Below are positions 1 through 12,620 of a stretch of DNA of 64,000 nt, in pieces; position 1 is the first letter of the stretch; each line of letters opens with the position of its first letter. The stretch lies in NCBI GenBank assembly GCA_951406725.2, contig OX597815.1:136834001-136898000 (forward strand), read 5' to 3'. The position numbers were made by a program, and so were the translations under genes. The notes beneath the pieces are model-generated. The model did no database searches. It saw only the letters and a program-made list of their open reading frames with translations, and was not told the DNA's origin. The DNA is from Octopus vulgaris. Its lineage: Eukaryota.

Positions 1-221
1 TGACATATTGTTTCATCTCTGTCCACTTTTTTCAAATATGGCGTCCTATTGACAGCCCAAAAGTTTTCTCCACATACGTGTACAATCATTTGATCGTCAA
101 ATTGGTGCTTATTTAATTTGTGATGATGTAATGCTGTAATATGATCCTAATATCACCATACATTTTGTCATAAAAGCTATCTGTCACTCTTACATTTCTT
201 TTCTTTCTTATATATATGAAT

Positions 222-322
<101 letters not shown>

Positions 323-340
323 TACATACATATATATTTA

Positions 341-382
<42 letters not shown>

Positions 383-387
<5 letters not shown>

Positions 388-634
388 GCATATATGGGTA
401 CAGGTCGTCACTGACAGTAAACAATACGAAGTGCGAAAACAAACGAGTTAAATACGCAAACAACGAGAGAAAAATATTGGAAAACCGGACAAGTAACACA
501 AAGATCAATCCCTCATCATTTATCGGCTGAGTACTCCTCTTTTCGATCATTCAACGACAATATGTGTCTTCGAAGATAGTTGCTTCCATAAATACCAAGA
601 TACAATTTGGGATTTATGGAGGATCAAAGTTGGG

Positions 635-635
<1 letters not shown>
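383..635 (-). mobile_element. Short PLE-terminus-like repeat in (TA)n, related to 9580-9832 and 15126-15904
   Basis: Shares catatatgggtacagg and atacaatttgggattt with the 9.6-kb copy; carries GAAA...TGATGA-hairpin on the minus strand. Confidence 0.5.
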
Positions 636-691
<56 letters not shown>

Positions 692-904
692 CATACATAC
701 ATACATATATACATACATATATACATACATATATACATACATACATATTTATATTTATATATGTATGTATGTTAGCTTCTGTTTTAATGATTTAAATTCT
801 TCGTTTGAAGAAGGAACTAGTTACTAACAAATATACAAAGCTCCATCATCGGAATGTAGATAACGAAAACAATGTCACATTTTAAACTTGAATAACGTGC
901 GAGT

Positions 905-1320
905 TAGCAGGTTGATTTCTTCTCTGAATATCTAAACTTATCGGGATTGCCAGTTATTATTAGTGTAGGTGCACCAATTATTATTAGTGTAAAACTAAAT
1001 TTGTAACCTGGATATAAAAGATGGATGGTTCCAAGCAATTGGCCATAGTTATCCACTTTCTCCTTGATTTTCATAGAGATATCCACCTCTGCAGGACAGC
1101 TGGTCTCTGTGATGTTACATACTCTCTCTTGTCTGTCTCAAACAACAATATCAGTCTTGTTATTGTCACACTTGGCAAATGTTTTGATGGGAATGTTCCA
1201 TCAGTATCCCTTGCATGTTTGTCTACGTATTCAATGACATCAATGAAAGAAGAATATCTATATATATTCCATAACACTCTTCTTTCCAGATAGCATTGAT
1301 AACGCCGTGTCGCTTAGGCA

Positions 1321-1322
<2 letters not shown>
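905..1322 (-). mobile_element. Degenerate 3' fragment of an RLE-type non-LTR retrotransposon (R4/Dong-like), restriction-like endonuclease region
   Basis: Minus-strand translation gives YYLPKRH... then NNKTDIVV*DRQERVCNITETSCPAEVDISMKIKEKVDNYGQL...IIIGA, matching the RHD..[P]DIV..E.SCP....K..EK..Y..L...IIGA pattern of RLE domains. It has stops and frameshifts and abuts a (TA)n tract. Confidence 0.7.
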
Positions 1323-1386
<64 letters not shown>

Positions 1387-1612
1387 GTATATATGTATAT
1401 ACATAAACACACACATACACACATACATACATACATACATACATGCATGCATGCATGCATGCATGCATACGCACATACATACATATATATATGATTACTA
1501 TTACAAATTTGGGATTTTACCAAGAGAACCGCAACTCATATTTCAGGATAACCATATTGTATGGAATACACATAGAAAGTTATGTCCAATAAAATAATAA
1601 TAAAGTAATATA

Positions 1613-1878
1613 CATTATTTACATTATTACATCTGACAGATATTTGTTCTCATCTTATTTACTGTTAATACAATGTTTCGGCTGATATACCCTCCAGACT
1701 TCATCAATTGTCTTGGGGAAATTTCGAAACTGGGTTCTCATTCCTAATGTATTTTTCGATGTTATTATTATTATTAGTAGTAGTAGTAGTATTATAATAA
1801 TTCAGGTCACTGCCTGGAATCGAACTCGGAATCTTGGGGTTAGTAGCCTGCGCTCTTAAACACTACGCCATATGCCCG
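1613..1878 (-). mobile_element. tRNA-derived SINE-like element with hammerhead-like 3' part and ~12-bp TSD
   Basis: Minus-strand head GGGCATATGGCGTAGTGTTTAAG...GAGTTCGATTCC has A and B boxes. The tail contains TTGATGA-AGTCTG..CAGCC-GAAAC. Flanks are taaagtaatata (1601-1612) and taaaataatata (1879-1890), and the homologous inverted copy near 3515-3530 lacks the insert. Confidence 0.75.
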
Positions 1879-3328
1879 TAAAATAATATAAGCATTTAAA
1901 AAAAACCTACTATAAAATACAATAAAATTATTTGAAAAATATGTACATCTTACCTGTTATTAGTCTGTGGGAAAAGCAGATATTTTTAATCAACGGGTGT
2001 TTATTAAGGCTATACATAATACATAAATCCACCTATTTATCTTATTGTTATTATTATTAACAGATCTAAATTAAAAATACATATTATAAGTCATTTTAAT
2101 TAGAAAATTAGGAATATGAATAAAAATATAATAAAAACATATAAATTATAAATATATTTAAAAAGTTTTTAAGTATAAAAGCAATTTTTTAATTTTAAAA
2201 AATCGAACACCTAAAATTACAAAACCGATATATATAGAAAATGCTAAACCCTAAACGGCTATATTATAAACACATCAAATCCTACAACCTATCTATATAA
2301 ACATTACGGGAATGGATAATTTAGTGCAAGATTTACCCCTATGTATAAAAGTATAAATTTCCATTTCTTATGTCAAACGCAAGTTAATATTCTTTAAAAA
2401 GATTATTTAGTAATAACCACTATATATGTTATAAATTTATTGAATAAAAGTAGTAAAAAAATCTAGTAAAAATATTAACAACGGAAGAATTTTTATCGAC
2501 ATAATGTTTACTCTTTCCGTTCCTGTGTAAATGACTGCTCCCTCTGTCATGCTCTAAGTATTATGGGAATAACATGAATAAAATAAAATAATTTGAAAAA
2601 TTTTCTAAGACTAATAATATTAGAGAGATTGAATTCAAGGAGAGATAATAACTATAAATATGTTATACTCTGAAATTTAGCTGTAACTAAATTTTTTTAT
2701 AGTGTTTAAGATTTAGATATTTATGTTAGATTAAATGTGGCCTGTCTATTTCTTTTAAGGTAATATTCTTCAATAAATTCTTCTTTCCTGGTATATCCTT
2801 ATCTAATAATACTATAAAATTCTATTATAACTTCATTTAACTATTTTCCTCATAATTGTTTAAGAGATTATATACTGGGGCGGTTATAATTTTATATATG
2901 TTCATTTTATTATACGTTCAATTATTCTTATGTGGGCATTCTGTTCCTCTCTCTTCAATACTGTTCAGTAATACCTCTCCCGACTGGAATATTTTCATAA
3001 ACTCAGTTGTGCATAATAAGCACGTTTTACTACCTATTCTATATAAATTCGCTCTACGAATGATATTCTAATTAAGAGTGTATTCTGTTTTATTAGATTT
3101 CAACTCCCATATGTATTTAATTAGACCCGTCGAATTTATTATTTTGGAATTTTTGAAGGACGGTTAATGCTGGGAAACTTTTTAGATCTTTTTAATTTCA
3201 AAAAATATATTTGTAATTTATATATTTTTATTATATTCTTATCCATATTCTTATTTTTCTATTTAAAATGACTTATAATTTGTATTTTTAACTTTGATCC
3301 GTTAATAATAATAACAATAAGATAAATA

Positions 3329-3406
3329 GCTTGAGGACGCACTGGTCGATTTATGTATTAGGTATAGCCTTAATAAACACTCGACCAGCGCAGAAACACG
3401 TGTAGC
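3329..3406 (+). ncRNA. Type I hammerhead ribozyme-like motif with extended stem II (variant core)
   Basis: GC-TTGAGGA-cgcactggtcga...tcgaccagcgca-GAAA-CACGTG-TA-GC. Stem III is palindromic, C3 is replaced by U and stem I is only 2 bp. Confidence 0.55.
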
Positions 3407-3760
3407 GTTGATTAAAAGTATCTTCTTTCCCCACAGACTAATAATAGGTAGGTTATATATATTTTTCAAATATTTTTCTAATAATTTTATTGTATTTTAT
3501 AGTAGGTTTTTAAATGCTTATATTATTTCATTATTATTGTTTTATTGGATATAATTTTCTATGTGTATTCCATACAATAAAGTTATCCTGAAATAGTCGC
3601 GGTTGTATTGGTAAAATCTCAAATTTATTATATTACAATTGATACTATTTACATTGCATTAGTAAAGTGTAAAATAGTAAATGTCCTGATAATCTGGAAT
3701 ACTTATTATTTCCTAAGATTTTAAAAGTATCCATATATATATATATACACACACACACAC

Positions 3761-3841
<81 letters not shown>

Positions 3842-5639
3842 CATACATTCATATATACAGGCAAAAATAAACGTAGCAGAGGGTATTTATTGTAGCATCA
3901 ATTATTTCTGCCGTTTCGCCCAACACTCCTACTATTATTGATATTTATTTCTTATATTAGCTCACTGCTTCAGATTTATCAGAAAATAGCAAAGATTCAT
4001 TTTCCGAAACACACCAGTCATTCACTCACAAAGATGTATGTTTGCAATGCACATCAACTTCTCCAATAAATTAATGAGCTTTTTAATCTCCCCACCCCAA
4101 TTTAGCCGATCCAACAAGTGTTTGCCTTTTCACCCCAAGCATTCTCTGGAATACTCCTTCCGTACATGTTTTCATACCGCGCATCAACTCCATTTATCTA
4201 ACTAGTAATACAAAATATAGAATTGCCGTCAGTGATATCTTTCCATTTTGAAAAACAAAAAAATATATATTTTAAAAATAGCCTTTGTAAATACCCCAGT
4301 ACATGAATGGTACTGCTAGGGTGACTGACTAAACCAACCTCATTGAAAGTTTAGTGAAGAGCATGGAAACTAGAAACTGAACACTGTAGAACATCCGATC
4401 TGTATTATGTCATCATTGCTAATCTATCATCCTATTGATTAAAGAGTTGCAAGGGGAAGGTGTTGGCGTCTGCATTGATTTCCCATACATGCCAGCAACA
4501 TATTTTATTGGCTTGGGGGACTGAAATATAAATATAATCCCGATGAGATATAAATGGCGATTACCGAGAGATAAAATTAAATATCGCACAGCATGCATAC
4601 TCAAATTGGTTATTCCTCATGTATTGTCGTCTATCCAATATCAATACTGATTTTACAAATTCCGTACATTTTAAACGAAGTGTGCAGTCGACAGAATTAA
4701 GCCCTGTATTTGACATGCATATATTTTCTTGACTAAAGATTTTGAAGCCACAATCTAAAAGAAAATAGCGAGATACGTCATAAAATTTTAGTTGAAATTC
4801 GACTGTTGTGCCATCTACTTCGCAACAGTAAAATAATAATGGTAGATTAATCCTTTGAAACAGAAACATATTCCGAGAGTAAGTCAGAAAGTGATGAGAG
4901 AGTCTTTGTGAAAATAAATTAGGGAAAGCGATTATGATACATTATTAAGATGGAAACAGACTATTGCATAACATATAATACAAAAAAAGCATTCATGTAA
5001 TTATCTATGAAGCCTCAATATAATTTATAAAGATTTTCTGATTATTGAGAAGTACTTCAAAGAGATTATAGAAATAAATTACGCAATAAAAAAATCCATA
5101 TGAGAAAATATAAGCGCCAATTCTGAAATCAAAGGAAGCCCGCGTAAATTTCTAAACATATGTACAGTATTTTCTCATAGGTCGTGGGTAGCGAGATTAA
5201 TTTACGTTTCCGCATAAGAATTATTTAAGCCAGGCGATGCTGTTTCTTTTACATTTTTGCATGGTATAGTAAGAATGAGAAAAGTTGTCACCAACAACAA
5301 TAATGACAATAATAACTATAAGGGAGCAAATATCATTTGTGGTAATAATATGACAAAGGAAAGTGGAAATTCACATATGTACGTATGAACTACATACCTT
5401 GAAAAATGATGAAAAAATTCCGCAAAAATTGCGAATACTACCCACAGATAACTAAGGAACTTGACTATTCGTGGAACAACCCAACCATGAGCATTAGAGA
5501 GAGACACCTCTAAGTTATTGCTCTCTCCATTTTACAGGCGCAATTCGGTCATCACTGCCATGTTCACCCACATTCAACAAATTTATTGAGACGCAGCAAC
5601 ACCGTCTTTAGCCACATCTTCCTTTTTAAGTCAAACTTG

Positions 5640-5950
5640 AAGACGTTGATGAGGGTTTGATTAAGGAGGTGTTTGCATTCAGCCCTTACAGTCCCGTCCA
5701 CAACACCTCTTTTGTTATGACTACGAAGCAGAAAAGATATTCCTGTACTTGCCGGTTAAAGGATGGCGGTCTAGAGATTTTCACTGTGGTTTGATCCGCC
5801 ATGCGAGCGATAGCATTCATTCGATATAACTTCATATACGTCATCAATGCTCGAACAGCACCATAGGAGTGCGTGCATGACAGTTTCGTCGTTTCGCGAG
5901 CACCATGGGTATGACTGGCTGATGGTATTATTATGCCTTTAGAGTTTATC
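5640..5950 (+). mobile_element. Possible old non-LTR RT thumb remnant
   Basis: A frameshifted FLYLPV-KDGGLE resembles the LYLP..GGLG motif of non-LTR RTs; there is no other support. Confidence 0.3.
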
Positions 5951-6096
5951 CAGAAACGGCCAATCATCCTGATAGCACTGTTTGTTACAAATAACTGTAA
6001 TGATTTCTGGTACGTACATTGGATGTACGGTTAGTGTAATTGTTAAATTAGGCGCCAGATTGATAGAAAAGATACAAACTATGATAGTTAACGTTG

Positions 6097-7876
6097 ATTT
6101 GGTCCTTGACAGATTGAGATGTGTGCAAGTTGTACGATTCTAAGAACTTATGTACGGCTTTTCAGTCGTATTTTCGTTAAACGTACTGAGTTGATGACAG
6201 CTTAGATAAGATGGCCTGCTGCAACTCTCGGATACGGAGGCATAATTCTTTGGAAGGCACATTTCTAGCAGATTTACCTACGACAAACTTCACTTCACAC
6301 GATACATCATAGAAAAGGCTAGTTACAAATCTCGCATGGCTGGTGATCTGATCACTTTAAATCCATCAAACCTTCTCAGTAAGGTTTACCATCAGTACTT
6401 GGTGGATGTTTGCATGGCCACTGGTTTCGTACCCATCATTAGAGGTTGCATGAGTGCAATGGACAGCGACACGTGCGCGGTCGTTATAGTAAGTCACCGT
6501 CTATGTGAACCGGTGATTGTTATACGTTTGATCATTCCCACCTTCCTCTTCGCGTACCTTCTGAATGTACTGACACTTCATCCACTATTGAGCAACCTAG
6601 TGAATTTCACGAGAGTTACTATGCAGTAAAGCCGTGTCAGTATATGATACGACTTCACTATAATTGTGTCGGATATCAAACATACCGACATTATCAGTAC
6701 TGCTTTGAAGGTGTACGAAGCGGTGACAGGGGCAAGAATTAATCAAATAAAGTCGGCAAGCTCGCAGCCAGACACACTGAGATGCTGACAACATCATGGG
6801 GTGCTGGACTGACGGACTTGTTAAATTACTTGGAGTTTGGTTTGGTCCGATTTCCAGAAGGATTTCCATTTGTCATGAAATACCCAGCTCACTTTGCAGC
6901 ATATGTTGACAGCACGTGAACCATCTGATCAGCAGCGTTCGTTCCCGCCACAGAAGTGAACCATGAAGCAGGGCAGGATGGGACAAGCATGGCAGTCACA
7001 TGTAATGTAAACGATCGCCACATTCGTCCCAATCTTCAGGAATAGCTTCCTCGTGGACCATTTCATGTTGAGACTTGCCATTTTACTCGTTATCAAGCCC
7101 CAGTGTTTGTCCTTCTGGAAATCGGACCAAACCAAACTCCAAGTAATTTAACAAGTCCGTCAGTCCAGCACCCCATGATGTTGTCAGCATCTCAGTGTGT
7201 CTGGCTGCGAGCTTGCCGACTTTATTTGATTAATTCTTGCCCCTGTCACCGCTTCGTACACCCTCAAAGCAGTACTGATAATGTCGGTATGTTTGATATC
7301 CGACACAATTATAGTGAAGTCGTATCATATACTGACACGGCTTTACTGCATAGTAACTCTCGTGAAATTCACTAGGTTGCTCAATAGTGGATGAAGTGTC
7401 AATACATTCAGAAGGTACGCGAAGAGGAAGGTGGGAATGATCAAACGTATAACAATCACCGGTTCACATAGACGGTGACTTACTATAACGACCGCGCACG
7501 TGTCGCTGTCCATTGCACTCATGCAACCTCTAATGATGGGTACGAAACCAGTGGCCATGCAAACATCCACCAAGTACTGATGGTAAACCTTACTGAGAAG
7601 GTTTGATGGATTTAAAGTGATCAGATCACCAGCCATGCGAGATTTGTAACTAGCCTTTTCTATGATGTATCGTGTGAAGTGAAGTTTGTCGTAGGTAAAT
7701 CTGCTAGGAAATGTGCCTTCCAAAGAATTATACCTCCGTATCCGAGAGTTGCAGCAGGCCATCTTATCTAAGCTGTCATCAACTCAGTACGTTTAACGAA
7801 AATACGACTGAAAAGCCGTACATAAGTTCTTAGAATCGTACAACTTGCACACATCTCAATCTGTCAAGGACCAAAT
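6097..7876. repeat. Near-perfect long inverted repeat: arms 6097-6862 and 7110-7876, 247-bp spacer
   Basis: The arms are direct reverse complements with few differences, and the ORF track shows identical peptides on opposite strands (6336..6629 + vs 7343..7762 -). Confidence 0.97.
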
Positions 7877-8200
7877 TCTGACTTCGTACCCATATTGCGC
7901 TTCTGTCACCTAGACCCATCGAACTTCTTTCGTTCTCACATGTCCCAAAGCAAGCACACGCCGTACTTCTCATTGCTCAAAAGCCAATCTTGCGGCCAAT
8001 ATGTCAGGCACAGTGTCTTTCGTAAGCTCCCCTTCTAGCTTCTTAAATAGTTCTCACTCTCATCTAGGATTCTCCGTACTTCCATACCACATCATATCCA
8101 CTCAAGTTGCGCTTCGGGGCTAATCACACTTGGTTGTTGAGTTTCCCCCAATGTAACTGGCTTCCTTTTAACCACATTACTCAGCACGTTCGACCTAACA
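6930..8200 (-). mobile_element. Degenerate L1/Tx1-clade ORF2 (RT) remnant, partly duplicated in inverted orientation at 6097-6862
   Basis: Fragments GFVPIIRGC.SAM.SDTCAVVIV..LCEP, YEAVTGARINQIKS and WTDGLVKLLGVWFGP..QKD resemble L1/Tx1 RT; many frameshifts. Boundaries are approximate. Confidence 0.65.
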
Positions 8201-9395
8201 AACTAATCGATGAAATACACAATTATGTTTGCTACAAATAACTGTAATGATTTCTGGTACGTACATTGGATGTATGGTTAGTGTAATTGTTAAATTAGGC
8301 GCCAGATTGATAGAAAAGATACAAACTATGATAGTTAACGTTGATGCTGATGTTAAATATTCTTTATAATACTTTACATTCTTACTTATAAATATTATTT
8401 AATTTACATTTAGGTATTTTATATATATATACATACTCATCAAAACATGCACATACATATGCCCATTCATATACGTGCAAACTCATACACATTAAGATGA
8501 AGATGCTTAAATTGCATAACTAGAAGTAATCAATAAAAACGACTCAACCAATTTGGACAGCAGGCATTATTGATAAAGATTTCAGGAAAACAGTTGGAAG
8601 GTTTCGAAGAGACGAATAATAGTTAGGAAATGAAGAAACGAAGGAGAGAAGGAAGGGAAAAAAGGAAAGAAATAAGGAAAGAAGAATGGAAAAAGAAAGG
8701 TGGATAGAATGACTGAGGGATACATAGATATATATATGTAGCAACCTAGGTAGGTGGGTGTGCTAGAAGTTAATGGATGAATAATCACACACATACAAAA
8801 CTTAAACGTATAGAGATGTTTGAGAGTAACAGAGAGAGAGAGAGAGACAGAGAGGAGAGAGAGGGGGGAGAGGGAAGTGGGAGGGAGAGGATGGAGAGAG
8901 AGATGAGGGAGAGAGAGATTTGTAAGAAAGTAAACTAATGAGAGTTGGTTTCTTTTCTTATTTAGAAGAGTGTACTGTAAGACAGACTATGGCATTTACA
9001 TTTTTTAAAGATTGTTTATTGTGCATCAATTCGTCTAAAAGTGACCTGGAGAAAGATTGCGTTATTTTTTATCAGAGGTTCAATAAATCTGATCAGCAGC
9101 TTGTTAATACAAATGATTCTTTTATCAATCCTATAGCATTTCTTTAACATTACATAAGTTATTTATTCTGTTTAATTGAAACTAACTTTAAGGGTAGTCG
9201 TTGATTTTAAAAGGGTTAGTGAAGCAGAAACAATCTGAAATAACATTGAACTATAGCGTTGAAATGGAGAAGTAAAGAAATTTCTATAACAACCACGACC
9301 TAATTAGACAACATAAATTTCGCAGACGAAAACCGTGCAAAGACGAGCTCTCTCTTTCTGTCTGTCTCTTTCTCTCTCTCTCGCTCTCTCTCTCT

Positions 9396-9427
<32 letters not shown>

Positions 9428-9579
9428 GAATTTTCCAAATATATTTATGAATACATATATATATTTATATTCACACACACACGCACAAACATATATGCAC
9501 ACATATATATATATAATATATAAATATATGGATATATACATACATATATGTACATACCTACATCTATATGTATATATAT

Positions 9580-9832
9580 ATATGCATATATGGGTACAGG
9601 ACATAAAAAAACGTCGACCAACGAACTTTTTTTCAAACAACGAAAGAACAGAGGACAAGATATATAACACAAGGAATATTCCCCTTCTTCAGTTGTCCCT
9701 GTTTCGTCTACTCCGCGTTACGAAGGTAAGGACAAGACACGACTTCGTTGAAACAATCCTTCCCGCAAAGCAAATTAAATACAATTTGGGATTTATTTGC
9801 GCAGGGGTAAAATGGTAACAAGAACAGGGCAG
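9580..9832 (-). mobile_element. Short PLE-terminus-like repeat in (TA)n
   Basis: Homologous to 15590-15900 (cttaccttcg.aac.cg...CTGAAGAAGGGGA..TTCCTTGTG); bounded by microsatellite on both sides. Confidence 0.55.
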
Positions 9833-9937
<105 letters not shown>

Positions 9938-9995
9938 TTATATATGTGTGTGTGTATGTGTGTGGTTATGTGTGTGTAAGTGTGCATATATTCAT

Positions 9996-10165
9996 AGGCG
10001 CATGAGTGGTTGCGTGGTAAGTAAACTGCTTACCAACCGCACGGTTCTGGGCTCAGTTCCACTCCGTGCGTGGTACCTTGGGCAAGTGTCTTCTACTATA
10101 GCCTCGAGCCAACGAAAGCATTGTGGGTGGATTTGGTAGACGGAAACTGAAAGAAGCCCATCGTA
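9996..10165 (+). mobile_element. tRNA-derived SINE family A (5' part, CORE-like motif)
   Basis: Head GAGTGGTTGCGTGGTAAG...GGGCTCAGTTCC, then CCTTGGGCAAGTG, ending GAAAGAAGCCCATCGTA plus microsatellite; multiple homologous copies in the window. Confidence 0.85.
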
Positions 10166-10181
10166 TATATATATATATATA

Positions 10182-10263
<82 letters not shown>

Positions 10264-10264
10264 C

Positions 10265-10295
<31 letters not shown>

Positions 10296-10804
10296 AATAA
10301 TATCAGGGTAATGATAATTATAGAATATTTTAGTACCAGTGGTCTAGCGCAAAAAATTTACTCAATAGACTATATATTATTCATATAAAATATCGTGTAC
10401 ATTAAAACACATTAAGAGGCTTCCATCATAGGAATACATTGTCCTAGAAAGAACAGTTAGAGTTCAAGCCACTAATTAGGGATAAATTCTCGAAGCGAAT
10501 GAAAAACAAAAACATGTACCATCTAATTCAATTCCCGGACCATGGTTTCTGACTTATTTCAGTAAAATACACATTTCAGCAAAGTACACATAAAATAAAT
10601 ATTCACTATTATTTTCCCACTTTTGCCATAAACGGCAAAAAAAAATATTTTAAAATATATTTTATATATAAAATATGGGGGTCACGATTTCATGGGGGTT
10701 AAAATTTTATGCAACGTGGCATACACTGACAACCACATCATTGGTAACTTATAAGCCATGTCGATGGGTCAGAGCCAATACACATTTCAATTTGCGTACA
10801 CCTT

Positions 10805-11075
10805 TCAATCCAATACTTCTTTGCAGATTATGTTCTTCGTGTAAGTCGTCTTCTTCTTTTCACTTGTTTGTCAGTGGTGATAACTCTAACTCTCACATCA
10901 GATAATTTGCAAGCCCTTGTGAATGCAACATATAGCTAAGCATGACCCGTTCATACAGGTTCAGGCAAGAACAGCCACTTTATCTAATATCCGCCCTTAT
11001 GATTTATTGGTAGCCATTGCACATGGCAGTCGACCGGAAAACTGGTTCCTTTCTAAAGTGAATGGCAGGTTTAGG
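10805..11075 (-). mobile_element. Helitron Pif1-like helicase C-terminal remnant
   Basis: Minus-strand pieces LPFTLERNQF, AMATNKS.G...DKV, LPEPV, LYVAFTRACKLSDVRV and TKNIICKEVL match Helitron helicase motifs V/VI (AMTINKSQG, GQLYVALSR, T.NIVY.EVL); disrupted. Confidence 0.75.
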
Positions 11076-11184
11076 ATGCGCATGCGTTTTTAGGTGCTAT
11101 AAAAAAAGTTAGTTCAAATAAAAAGTATTGAATTTCACTATACACTCACCATCGCCACCACCAATATCAACTCTCTCTCTCCCC

Positions 11185-11218
<34 letters not shown>

Positions 11219-11475
11219 GCCATTCTTTAATTTCACCATCAGAACATTACCTCTCTGCTAAAATTATATTCCTAACTCTCCCCTATATAACTACCTTCAT
11301 CTAACTTTTTTAACCACGTAATAAATATCACGTTCCCCTACCACATGTCATGGGCGCTTCTATCTCTGTCTTTGTTTGAGTGTGTGTTTGAGTGCGCGCG
11401 AGTATAGACAGACAGACATACAAAGAGACAGACAGACAAACAGCCAGGCAGGTAAACAGGCAGACAAACAGACGG

Positions 11476-11509
<34 letters not shown>

Positions 11510-11599
11510 ATACATACAGACAGACAGACAGACAGACAGATACATACATACATACATACATACATACATACATACATACATACATACATACATACATAC

Positions 11600-11714
<115 letters not shown>

Positions 11715-12239
11715 TAACTATTTCACAACGCTCACTGATGGTGTTAATTTTGTATTAAATATATTTATCGGTAAAAAGCCAAAAAATATTTTAGGAGAAT
11801 AATATTATCCTCGGAAAATATATAACCAGTCTTCTCAATGTAGAAAGCTTTCATATACCTCCCACCATCTGGCGTTATGTTTAATTGCTTTATCATCGAG
11901 TATCTACAATCTTAATATGGTCTTAAGATGTGCCTTTCTAAAAAAAGGAGGCAAAGAAGAAAAAAAAAATGACAACTTCATAGGGTAAACCAGTTCACTA
12001 TTGGTGAATTTCGATTTCAATTTACAATAAATTGTGTGCGCAAAATATATATCCAGTAGTGTATGTTACAAAAACTTGGATAATTTGCAAGACAAAAGAG
12101 GAGACGGAAGACTTATGAGCTCATTTCCTATCATTCATTTTTTTTCTGTACCTGTGTGTTAGTGTTCGTGTTCGTATTGTGAGCATTATTCTATTAAGAA
12201 GTATTCAACTAATCCAATCCAACCTTTATCCTCGGCCAT

Positions 12240-12620
12240 AAACCCGCACACATGTAACTGTAGAATACTCACTGTGCTCTTCAAAGGAAGTGTCTATAGA
12301 GAAATGTAATATATAAATATAAGTTTATAAGTGTAGAAAACAATAGGAATTACATTGGTTCAATATTTTTTAGCGCCGCTATATCATACATCAACACACT
12401 TTTAATAACAGTAAATTATGTAAGACAATATCACTCGTAGAATATATAAGGGTTTAAAATATAAAAGTATTAGATTTAGACCACAAGTGAGTACAATGCG
12501 ACAGCTCCTCCATTTATAAGGAATGAGAATGACAGTAGATTTAGTATAATAGAACGATTTAAAATACTTCAAGAAGCTACAAAATTACCTAATCAGAGAA
12601 GTGAGCACGGGATTTCATGT
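12240..12620 (+). mobile_element. Degenerate PLE GIY-YIG endonuclease remnant
   Basis: Frameshifted TCNCR...KG.C...NVIY...ENNRNYIGS...RY..H pattern typical of PLE GIY-YIG with upstream Cys cluster. Confidence 0.5.

Larger units (their letters stand above)
1500..3632. mobile_element. Degenerate PLE remnant with inverted terminal repeats (about 1500-2190 and 3175-3632)
   Basis: The two ends are diverged reverse complements (e.g. tatggaatacacatagaaa / tttctatgtgtattccata). Minus strand 2916-3065 encodes IIRRANLYRIGSKTCLLCTTEFMKIF..LLNSIEERGTECPHK, resembling a PLE GIY-YIG C-terminus. Confidence 0.6.
5979..8345. repeat. ~120-bp direct repeat (5979-6098 and 8227-8345) bracketing the fold-back
   Basis: tgtttg(t/c)tacaaataactgtaatg...gatagttaacgttgat occurs twice, nearly identical. 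Confidence 0.95.

Noticed and set aside
1803-1878. Functional tRNA gene
   Set aside because: Poor acceptor and anticodon stems, no T-run terminator, and part of a TSD-flanked repeat.
4561-4869. 102-aa minus-strand ORF as a possible host exon
   Set aside because: No recognisable motif or convincing splice context.
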